The position numbers and the translations under genes are program-made. Below are positions 27,133 to 35,357 of a stretch of 64,000 nucleotides of DNA, in pieces; the first letter of the stretch is position 1; every line of letters starts with the position of its first letter. A model generated the notes under the pieces. The model was given only the letters and a program-made list of their open reading frames with translations. It made no database searches and was not told the origin of the DNA. Source of the DNA: a virus; the IMG/VR virus record IMGVR_UViG_3300030090_005562, positions 84,762 to 148,761 of that record; one strand, 5' to 3'.

Positions 27133-27576
27133 ATGAGAAAAGTTTTCGTATATTACAATTTACACAAGCACAAATGGTCCGTAAAGGATGTAAAAACAGG
27201 GCGTGTAATTGGCCATCATTACGAAGTATCGCTCTATAACGCCAAGTTCAAAGTAAGTGAGGCCGGAAGGGCTCGCGTTTTAAAAGAGAAGCGTAAAAAC
27301 GTCCACGCGGGCGTTGAGGGCTATCTGACGAAGCATGCCCTGCCTCGAAAAATGGACGGCACGATTCTCTGGGAATCTCAATCGGAGCGGCACAAGGTAA
27401 CGTATGACCCCTACAAGTACGATACCTTTGTGACCGTCTCTGATAAGGAGCCTATCCACAAAGCCTACTTTGTGAGAATGGTGGCCTATGGTACGAACTG
27501 GGACGGTAAGGGGCAGTATCATGCCCCAGATGTTACAGCGGTGGTGCCGGTGGTGAAGGGGCTGATAACTGCTTGA
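27133..27576 (+). CDS. Conserved phage hypothetical protein
   Basis: VYYNLHKHKWSV, FKVSEAGRARVLKEKRKNVHAGVEG; stop 1 nt before element 9. Confidence 0.8.
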   Translation: MRKVFVYYNLHKHKWSVKDVKTGRVIGHHYEVSLYNAKFKVSEAGRARVLKEKRKNVHAGVEGYLTKHALPRKMDGTILWESQSERHKVTYDPYKYDTFVTVSDKEPIHKAYFVRMVAYGTNWDGKGQYHAPDVTAVVPVVKGLITA

Positions 27577-27577
27577 C

Positions 27578-27656
27578 GTAAACCCTTATGGCGTAACGAC
27601 TTAGGGGGCGGCGGGCGGCCCGCTTGAACGTAAATGGTGTGATGACAACGACTTAC
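27578..27656 (+). repeat. 79-bp double-dyad element 9
   Basis: GTAAACCCTT-atggcgt-AACGACTTAG / 25 bp with GCGGGCgGCCCGC / GTAAATGGTG-tgatgac-AACGACTTAC. Confidence 0.95.
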
Positions 27657-27668
27657 GTTGACTTTCCC

Positions 27669-27696
27669 TCAAGTTCTGATAAAATATAACCGATAA
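27669..27696 (+). promoter_or_regulatory. Stand-alone sigma28-like promoter
   Basis: TCAAGTT...ACCGATAA with no nested TTGACA; 8 nt before tRNA-Arg. Confidence 0.55.
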
Positions 27697-27704
27697 AGAA
27701 TAAT

Positions 27705-27777
27705 GCACCTGTAGCTTAATGGATAAAGCAACGGACTTCTAATCCGTAGACTGAAGGTTCGAGTCCTTCCAGGTGTA
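27705..27777 (+). tRNA. tRNA-Arg(TCT)
   Basis: Acceptor GCACCTG/CAGGTGT, anticodon arm ACGGA-CTTCTAA-TCCGT, T arm GAAGG-TTCGAGT-CCTTC. Confidence 0.95.
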
Positions 27778-28167
27778 CTACCCCTTCCGGCCCCATAAGT
27801 CTCGGCATAGTCTCCAATAGTGATAGTCAGCGAGTTTTTGGGGTTTGTATAGTCTGATGAAGAGCAGGGAAAATGAATTGGGAAAATTTATTTGTCTCAG
27901 CCAAGGCTGTCAGACAGGATAATCCAATAGTCAGCGAAAGTCTGGAGCATCTGGTGACATCTATAGTGTAGTAAGTGTCTGAGCATATACGGAGAAAGGA
28001 ATGGGTCATGAGTGTGTGTCTCACGCAATGCAGCAGCAGAGCGGTCATAGTGATAGTCAGCCAATTTAAGTCTCACCCAACCCCACCCCATCGGTCTTTG
28101 TAGATAGTCAGCCAACATTTATGACATGTGCGGTTGACAAAAGCAGGAAGAATGAGTATAATATTAG

Positions 28168-28275
28168 GTGAGCCTCGCGAGCGTTGGGCTACACTTCGTA
28201 GTCTGGCGCTCCATCGGATATGGCATCTACCGGTGTACTGTTCAAGTCTAACGTAGGTGCCTATCCATTTTTTTT
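28168..28275 (+). ncRNA. Candidate structured small RNA or leader
   Basis: Perfect TTGACA-17-TATAAT at 28134-28162; hairpins 28179-28211 and 28216-28266; T tract. Confidence 0.5.
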
Positions 28276-28288
28276 GAGGAGATATAAA

Positions 28289-28486
28289 ATGAAGAAGTTG
28301 GTATTATTCCTGCTATTAAGTGTGGTCGCTGTCGAAAGCGGTTACGCTTTTATTTTTGGCGGTGGGGCATGGAGGCGTCATTACAGGAGACATAGAACGG
28401 GTCGATTGACTTGTGTAGATAAGGCAGTCGGGCCTCCGTCATTGCAGGCGGTTAGAGATGCTGTAGATGAGGAAATAAGGAGGTAA
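28289..28486 (+). CDS. Small secreted Arg-rich protein
   Basis: SD GAGGAG; signal peptide MKKLVLFLLLSVVAVESGYA. Confidence 0.65.
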   Translation: MKKLVLFLLLSVVAVESGYAFIFGGGAWRRHYRRHRTGRLTCVDKAVGPPSLQAVRDAVDEEIRR

Positions 28487-28554
28487 AGGTAAGCTGGTTG
28501 CATCCGGCGCTCTTATAAGGCGCTATTAGTCTGGTTCGATTCCAGATACCTCTA
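28479..28554 (+). tRNA. tRNA-Ile(TAT)
   Basis: Acceptor GGAGGTA/TACCTCT, anticodon arm GCGCT-CTTATAA-GGCGC, T arm TCTGG-TTCGATT-CCAGA; D arm atypical. Confidence 0.8.
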
Positions 28555-28556
28555 TT

Positions 28557-28681
28557 CGGTGTGATTTACTTCCTGAAAGAAAGGAGGTGTGATTACGTCT
28601 AAGGATTGGTCATCCTGTCTAACATGACTGGCCCGCAGGGTTTTATTGTATCAAATAAGAAACTGTCGGGCCTCTTTTTTT
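28557..28681 (+). ncRNA. Candidate three-hairpin RNA ending in a terminator
   Basis: Hairpins 28561-28596, 28608-28629, 28630-28672 then T tract. Confidence 0.4.
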
Positions 28682-29620
28682 GTCTCAGCTAAACGACCGC
28701 GAGGGCCGTGATTGGTCATAGTCAGCCAATTTCTATAGCATGTAGAATAAATGCGGGCGTGGAAGAGATTAGTGGTAAGACTAAGACAAGCCCGCAAGCC
28801 ATCGCTAAGATAACTCTCCACTTTCTTGTCATAGAATGTGATTCTAGTAATATATTATAACCCAAAACATAAATTTGTCAACTTTTAGGAGAAAAAACTG
28901 GTGCTTAAAAAAGTGTGTACTTAGGCATTGGTCTAATAGAGGGAATAAGGAATCATAATAGCAGGAGGGTTCATATTAGCGGTATGTATCACATAGGATA
29001 TATTATCATCTCCCTGCTATAAAAAGTATATAGTGTATATTGTAATTCAGTATTCTATCTGTATGGACATATTATCCCCCTGGCAATTTTGCTCCAAAAA
29101 AAACAAAATCGACTTCCCTTATTTTCTCAAGTAACAGAATATAAGAGCCTTGGGCCAGTACGGACTCACCACTCCCAAGGATTTTCCAAATTACCTCATT
29201 TATAGGAACTCAGGGCCATTGTAGGCGAGGTTCTATTCCTTTGTGCATATTGTGGCACTATATCATCTACTTATACCTATTATAGGCCCATAATCATTTC
29301 TGTCAATCAAAAAAAGTGGTTGACATATACATTCTTCCTGCTATAATTACATAGAAAAGCACCTTTTACGGGTTTACGAAATAAAAATGTGGGTTTTTGA
29401 CCCTTGTTTGCACGTTTATGCGGCAAGTTTGTGGGTTTATGGCCCTTTTATTGTCTCGTTGCGTATGGCCGAGGTTGGAGCATTTATTCTGTTAATTCAT
29501 ACCCAATCTCCAATCTCGCCCTACGCTTCTATTATAGTGTATAGTATGGTATGTTATAGGTACTATGCCTATTGTTCTTAGTTATACTACTATATGAAAA
29601 GAAAAGAAAAGGTGAGAAAA

Positions 29621-29791
29621 ATGCCGAAACCAATCGAAATAAAACTTTGCCGTGGCAGAGGATGTTGTCCCGTTATTACTATTTCTGAAAAAGGTGCGAA
29701 AATTACTGATGATAATGGTGGTGAAGTGACGATAACTAATACAGAGTTAGAAATTCTAAAAGAAAAGCTAAATGAGCTTGACAACCTATAA
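29621..29791 (+). CDS. Small Cys-motif protein
   Basis: IKLCRGRGCCPVI...ITDDNGGEV. Confidence 0.65.
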   Translation: MPKPIEIKLCRGRGCCPVITISEKGAKITDDNGGEVTITNTELEILKEKLNELDNL

Positions 29792-30140
29792 TCATGTGGT
29801 ACAATCATGGACATGAAAGACACAGACAAAGACAATCAGACCGATGGCGTTCGACAACCGCTGTACACTCAGATATACAGGGGTCGTAGAATCTTCTGCA
29901 CATTCGTTGAGGGTGAGCAAGAAGAAGGTTGGGAGCTAGCTAAGGTAGAGGATTATGCGTGACATTGTGAAATATGCCGCACTCTCCCTTCTGCTATTCT
30001 TTGCCGGTGTAGGTGCTGCAACGACCGCTTATGCAATCGTAGAACTTATTGCACTTAGATGATAGACGACCTTCCTATATGGCTGATTACAGTCAGACTT
30101 TTACCGTTTATAATGTATAGTATTTACTTGGGAGTGATAT

Positions 30141-30590
30141 ATGAATATAGCAGGAGAGAATAAGTATATCTGGGGAGCAGAGGAAATCCTTACTCTAGGT
30201 GATGAACGCCTTGAGTATATTCACCTGTTTAGAGGATACGCAACTGCCGCTGGATGGAACATAACTGTACAAGCAATGATTCCCTCAGTTAAGCATGGAT
30301 ATTCATGGGCGACCACTAGGCGTTATTTCAGAAAACAAAGGTTTCCCAATGCTAATACTGTCAAACAAGTAATTCAGGAAGTCGCAGAACTTTCCTATAT
30401 GATTGACCCTCTTACTACACAGTATGAGGGATATAAAGTAGTTGACAAGGCCAGAAAATCTGGTATAACGAAGGAACAATTACAAAAGATTCAAAGTCAA
30501 ATAACCGATAAGTATGGTAAGGGTTGGACATATACAAATCCTGCCGCACAGAAAGAAGCATTGGAGATAATCAATGGAATTAAATCTTGA
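30141..30590 (+). CDS. Hypothetical protein
   Basis: 149 aa; SD GGGAG. Confidence 0.65.
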   Translation: MNIAGENKYIWGAEEILTLGDERLEYIHLFRGYATAAGWNITVQAMIPSVKHGYSWATTRRYFRKQRFPNANTVKQVIQEVAELSYMIDPLTTQYEGYKVVDKARKSGITKEQLQKIQSQITDKYGKGWTYTNPAAQKEALEIINGIKS

Positions 30591-30872
30591 TATTGGAACA
30601 GTAATCATGGTGTTCTGTTTGTACGGTGTATGGACTTTCAGTAAAGATATTGGTCACTTAATTTGTGACGTTATTTTAAAAGTCTGGAAGGCAAACAATG
30701 AGCAAACGGAATCTGAACCTGAACAATCAGTTCCTAGCATTTAGCACTATTACACTATACATACTGTTAATTGCTGGAATAATATATTTCAAGTTTTTCT
30801 AAAGACTTGACAGGATAAAGTCGATAAGTATAATATAGGAATTAGGACCGCAATTCTTTTGGGAGAGAGAAT

Positions 30873-31547
30873 ATGATTGTAAGGAATGAGAACACCGTTC
30901 TCGATTTTGGGAATGTAGAGCAGAAGATAAACTCTATCAGACAGTCTACGGTTGACCGTTACTGTGATTACTGGTACGGCATCGAGCCGCGAAGCACAGA
31001 GGATAAGTGGCGACGATGGCTATTTGCCTTCGTATCTATTCGCGCCCAATGGAAGGCGAATAAAGAATCCTACCGCATGTTAGCTGGTGAGAATTGGCAA
31101 TCTAAAGATGAACTGTCAAAGATACTCCATGACTCTCGAATTGGACTGGTTCCGATGCGTGAGCGAGCTATTTGGGAGTTTACGCAGGAGGTCAAAAAGG
31201 ATAAGTCTATCATCGAACCGGAACTGGACGATACATGGCAAACATGGAGAAATAGACTGGTAAAAAAATTCTTTGGGATTGGATTAGCCAAAGTATCCTT
31301 TGCGATGGAAATGTGCTACCCGTTGTATTGTGGAGTTGTTTGTCTGGATACGCATATCCTACAAATGTATGGCGTTGACCCCAAGAAGGGTTGCGGCAAG
31401 GCTTTGTATGAGGAAATGGAAGCACATTGGTTAAAAATTTGTCTTGACAAAGGGTATCCATCTGCTATAACTAGACATATCCTATGGGATAAGATTCAGA
31501 ACAAACGGAATACTAGATACTGGTCGCATGTATTGGAGGCAGCGTAA
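30873..31547 (+). CDS. HhH-superfamily DNA N-glycosylase/lyase-like protein
   Basis: HhH FFGIGLAKVSF followed by VVCLDTHIL. Confidence 0.75.
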   Translation: MIVRNENTVLDFGNVEQKINSIRQSTVDRYCDYWYGIEPRSTEDKWRRWLFAFVSIRAQWKANKESYRMLAGENWQSKDELSKILHDSRIGLVPMRERAIWEFTQEVKKDKSIIEPELDDTWQTWRNRLVKKFFGIGLAKVSFAMEMCYPLYCGVVCLDTHILQMYGVDPKKGCGKALYEEMEAHWLKICLDKGYPSAITRHILWDKIQNKRNTRYWSHVLEAA

Positions 31548-31726
31548 ATGGGTCACGATAAAAACTATACTTTCAAGATTACGATTTTCGGCCAAGACTA
31601 CAAGGCCAAAGAGACTTTCTTAATTGAGAATGTAACAGAGCGAGAGGCAAACAAGATTGCTAAGTCTGACCCTCGCGTCATCGAGGCTGGTGATAAATGG
31701 TGGGCTATCAATCAGGAGCGAGAATA

Positions 31727-31912
31727 ATGGATTACAGAAAACATACCACAGGATATGTAACCCAGGTATTCAAGGATGGAAAGTGTGTCGAGCAACATTT
31801 TACCGCTGGCGGTCACAGTGACTACGAAGATTATGAAACCTGCGAACCGATTGAGCCTATGGGCGACGAGACTTATTTCCCCTTTTTAATGGAGCAACCA
31901 AAGGATGAGTAG
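31727..31912 (+). CDS. Hypothetical protein
   Basis: KHTTGYVTQVF...YFPFLMEQP; SD AGGAG. Confidence 0.6.
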   Translation: MDYRKHTTGYVTQVFKDGKCVEQHFTAGGHSDYEDYETCEPIEPMGDETYFPFLMEQPKDE

Positions 31913-32087
31913 TAGATTCTCAGTATCATTTTACGATGGACAAAACTTACTTGGTAGGTTTGACCTACCGGATTGTTTTGAGCAGGAAGATGCGCATGAG
32001 GCGGCACAGGAAATGTCAAAGAAGTATGGCAACAAGCCAGATATTATTGTATCTGAAGAAACAAATGCTGCGGGAGATTATGTATGA
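31905..32087 (+). CDS. Hypothetical protein
   Basis: 60-aa coupled ORF. Confidence 0.5.
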   Translation: MSSRFSVSFYDGQNLLGRFDLPDCFEQEDAHEAAQEMSKKYGNKPDIIVSEETNAAGDYV

Positions 32088-32226
32088 GGGATTATGTTTT
32101 CTGGATATTGGCAGCAATGATGTTAATTATGGTGGGTGGATGTAAAACAACTGTAGTCTTGTCGGCTAATAGGTATTTTGAAGAAGAACAAACTCATACG
32201 AGTGCAGAAGTAAGGATGGAAAAACA

Positions 32227-32475
32227 ATGGTAGATAGAGAAGATGGTGGTGTTCCACTGGTATTTATGTTGAGTTGTATAACTATTGTGGTTATTCTGTC
32301 ATGTATAACATTTGTTGCTGAAAGACAAAAGATTATAAATCAAGATGCTAATGAATTTTACTCTAAATCAATAACGCAAGAGCAGATAGATGAGTCGTTT
32401 AAAAAATTCCAGCAGAGAGAGGCCATTCGTAAATCCTCCACCAAAGAAAAACGAGATAAGCAAACTGGTGATTGA
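32227..32475 (+). CDS. Small membrane protein
   Basis: N-terminal TM helix. Confidence 0.55.
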   Translation: MVDREDGGVPLVFMLSCITIVVILSCITFVAERQKIINQDANEFYSKSITQEQIDESFKKFQQREAIRKSSTKEKRDKQTGD

Positions 32476-32646
32476 TAGACGCCCCACAGAATTTGCTCTT
32501 TATCTCACTAGTGGAGGTCCGGTATGGACTATTTATCCTGTAGAAGATACAGGAAAATATATTAAAGATTCTATTGACAAGTGACGATAATGTTTTATAA
32601 TTGGTACAAGAGTTTTGTTAATTTAGTTATGAAGAAAGAGGACACT

Positions 32647-33327
32647 ATGAGTTTGACAAATGGAAGCGTTCGCGTTCGTAAACTTAGCGATGCGAAGGAA
32701 GGTAATGTTATTAGTTTTGTGTATTATGGTCATGGACAAAATCATGGTCAGTTGCGATACGCAGAGGTTCTTGAGGTTTTGGCTGACGGTATCTTGGCAC
32801 AGGAGGTCAACGGCACGCATCCCAAGCACTTCAAGAATGGTGAAGCAGAGGATGTAAAGATGGAAGAAAAGCTGCAACAGATTGTATCTGGTGAAACAAA
32901 GGGTGTCACGTTTCTTGATGCAAAGGAAATGCTTGAGGAAGCTGGTTGGGCAAATGAGATTGTGCTTGATATGCTCACAGGCGAACAGTTGACGGTCTTG
33001 TTTGGCAGTTTTCATACTGCCAGAGAAAATGCTGATGCTGGCGAATTTGAATATCAGTGGGATTCCGAGAACGGAAATGTTCTGGTGATTGACAATCGTA
33101 ATACGTCAAATATCAGTGTTGAACCTGTAGCCCATGACCATACGCTTCGATACGTTACGTTTCGAGTGACCAACAATAAATTTGCACCTGGATTGATTGG
33201 TGGGTTCAGTGATTTTCGAGTTACCGTGGATGCGATGGGTAAAATTACGTTTCAGCATAATGAGGATGTTGTGAGCGTAGAGGATTTTTCCAAGGCACTT
33301 AACAGCCTGATTAACATTGAGGTTTAA
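32647..33327 (+). CDS. Hypothetical protein with SH3/WYL-like N-terminus
   Basis: SD GAGGA; nested promoter at 32563-32601. Confidence 0.7.
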   Translation: MSLTNGSVRVRKLSDAKEGNVISFVYYGHGQNHGQLRYAEVLEVLADGILAQEVNGTHPKHFKNGEAEDVKMEEKLQQIVSGETKGVTFLDAKEMLEEAGWANEIVLDMLTGEQLTVLFGSFHTARENADAGEFEYQWDSENGNVLVIDNRNTSNISVEPVAHDHTLRYVTFRVTNNKFAPGLIGGFSDFRVTVDAMGKITFQHNEDVVSVEDFSKALNSLINIEV

Positions 33328-33328
33328 G

Positions 33329-33769
33329 ATGCTTGTTGATATAGCCAAATACAAAATGCAACATTGCGATTTGAAGGAGGCTAAGAAGGGCCAAACTGCT
33401 CATTATGTGGAATTAAATCCCATGTGGGCAGTAAAGTTCTTCGAGCATAAAGAGGACAGGGACCACACATATCGTCTACAGAAGTATGCCAGCGAATCGT
33501 TCGCGGCACCTCCTGTGGGCGAGGTTCTTGTTGTTACTAGACAGAATAAGTTAGGACTCAGCACTACATTTTGGGGATACATAACTGGTGTAGCAAAGGT
33601 TGACAAAGACATTTCGTCTGATAAAATACAATGGTTATCCGACAAGTTACTTAGCATCGGAATCAAGTGGAACGATAAGCGTAGAGCAAACTGCGGTTAT
33701 TACAATGGTAAATTAGTTTGCATCGACTTTGACTGTGAGGTTATAGACCATGAACATATTTTACCTTGA
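33329..33769 (+). CDS. Minimal protein-kinase-like fold protein
   Basis: WAVKFF, AAPPV, WNDKRRANCG, LVCIDFD. Confidence 0.6.
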   Translation: MLVDIAKYKMQHCDLKEAKKGQTAHYVELNPMWAVKFFEHKEDRDHTYRLQKYASESFAAPPVGEVLVVTRQNKLGLSTTFWGYITGVAKVDKDISSDKIQWLSDKLLSIGIKWNDKRRANCGYYNGKLVCIDFDCEVIDHEHILP

Positions 33770-34238
33770 CCATGACCAGAGTATTTGTGCAAAGTACCAC
33801 AACGACCGGCATTGTGTCAAAATGATACTAGAGTATGCACAGTTACTATGCACAGCACACAGAGAGTTAGACGGTGAGGATTGTGTTGAGCCAGAAGTTA
33901 TGTATAAGCCCGCATACAAGAATCATCCATCAGCAATATGGGCGAGAGCGTGCAGCAGAAATTATCTTTGGCTATACAAAATGTTCAAGGAATTATGCAA
34001 AGAATATACATATAGATACGAGAAAGAACATGCTTCATGGACTAAACTAGGATATCTGTTGGCACAAGTGCCAAAGAACATTGATGTAACGCCAGGGTTT
34101 ACTCCACCAACGCCAGCGATGCCAGATGAATGTAAAATTGGCCCAACATCGCTAGAGAGTTACAGACACTACTATAATACAGAAAAAAGACACTTGGCAA
34201 CATGGAAAAAACGTCCAGTTCCGGTATGGTATGACTAA
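33750..34238 (+). CDS. Pyrimidine-dimer DNA glycosylase (DenV-like) family protein
   Basis: MNIFYLD...HNDRHCVKMILEYAQLL...HPSAIWAR...AMPDE...YRHYY. Confidence 0.8.
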   Translation: MNIFYLDHDQSICAKYHNDRHCVKMILEYAQLLCTAHRELDGEDCVEPEVMYKPAYKNHPSAIWARACSRNYLWLYKMFKELCKEYTYRYEKEHASWTKLGYLLAQVPKNIDVTPGFTPPTPAMPDECKIGPTSLESYRHYYNTEKRHLATWKKRPVPVWYD

Positions 34239-34683
34239 AATATGGGGAATCGGTCTACCAAGGACCGGAACAACATCGCTAGCAGAGGCATTAAGTCTGT
34301 TGGGTTTCAAGACCTCTCATCACTGTAAACTACAGAATGGAGACTCGTACCTATCAGATATATTAGAACAAGCACTAGACAATCAGGCAGTTGTAAATAA
34401 CCATTTATACGATTTTTATCAGCGTATTTATGAGTTAGAGGCCATGGACGGGAAAATTGGTTTATATGTATTAACGTATCGTTTGGATAAATATGTATCA
34501 GAGAACTTGAAATACATGGCAGAAACCTACTCTTTCTTCGAGGAAAGGGGCTCAACAGACCATTTATTATTACTTGATACAGGAGCAAACGAAAAAGAGA
34601 AATGGAGAAAACTATCCGGTTTTCTAAGTATGGATACGCCCACTCATTCATTTCCTCATTTGAATAAGGGTTTGGGAATTTGA
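34231..34683 (+). CDS. Sulfotransferase-family protein (short)
   Basis: 5'-PSB loop GIGLPRTGTTSL; C-terminal W..L..FL...FPHLN. Confidence 0.75.
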   Translation: MTKIWGIGLPRTGTTSLAEALSLLGFKTSHHCKLQNGDSYLSDILEQALDNQAVVNNHLYDFYQRIYELEAMDGKIGLYVLTYRLDKYVSENLKYMAETYSFFEERGSTDHLLLLDTGANEKEKWRKLSGFLSMDTPTHSFPHLNKGLGI

Positions 34684-35028
34684 AATATAGTGAATCAACA
34701 TTACGGCATATAGGAGATTTAGTAAATCAGGGTAGATTACAGGATGCAATAGAGGCGGCAAAGGATTCTGGAAAATACAGTGAGGACGAGGCAAAGTCGT
34801 TTATACTCCAGAATGAAAGCGAACTTAGAAATGGCAGACAAGAAACAAGGTCCGGTAATTGACCCAAAATCTTTTTATGACCCGTACAAAGAGAATGACC
34901 CCAGACCTAGAATCGTAGTAGAGAAAAAAAGAACGGAATCAGAGGTCATGATAAATTACTTGACAATCATTACTTCAATAGTTACAATAGCGGCAGCTAT
35001 CAAATACCTGATATTTAGCTAGAGAAAA

Positions 35029-35271
35029 ATGCGATATAAAAATAGGATGAAGGAAGTATTTGATAAAATGGAAGAGCCTGACGATAAATATGCGGAAAGG
35101 TTTGCAGAGGAACTACGCCGTGAACTGCTTGGCTATCAGGCCACCACTCAAAACCAAGTGGCAAGCACAATGCAGATAGCGATTAGATTCGTTATCGTTT
35201 CAGCGTTTGCCTTTTTCTGTGCCTGTTCTCTTGTTATTTCAGCATGTATAAAGTATTTATTTTTTAATTAA
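35029..35271 (+). CDS. Small membrane protein
   Basis: C-terminal TM helix ending IKYLFFN, resembling the upstream ORF ending IKYLIFS. Confidence 0.55.
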   Translation: MRYKNRMKEVFDKMEEPDDKYAERFAEELRRELLGYQATTQNQVASTMQIAIRFVIVSAFAFFCACSLVISACIKYLFFN

Positions 35272-35357
35272 AGTTTTTTGTTGACACATGCCGATAATCA
35301 TTTATAATGGTGGCATGACATTTAATTTTTAGGATTGGTTTTCAAAAGGGAGAGAAT

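Larger units (their letters stand above)
27823..28726 (+). repeat. Five dispersed ATAGTCAGC direct repeats
   Basis: At 27823, 27927, 28053, 28104, 28718. Confidence 0.75.

Noticed and set aside
16751-27656. CRISPR array interpretation of the repeats
   Set aside because: Repeats are degenerate, intervals are 0.6-2 kb of genes, the 25-bp linker is itself conserved and palindromic, and no cas genes are present
16751-27656. Canonical integron attC or Xer dif sites
   Set aside because: No consistent RYYYAAC...GTTRRRY ends, no XerD arm TTATGTTAAAT and no integrase in the window; only the general layout is similar
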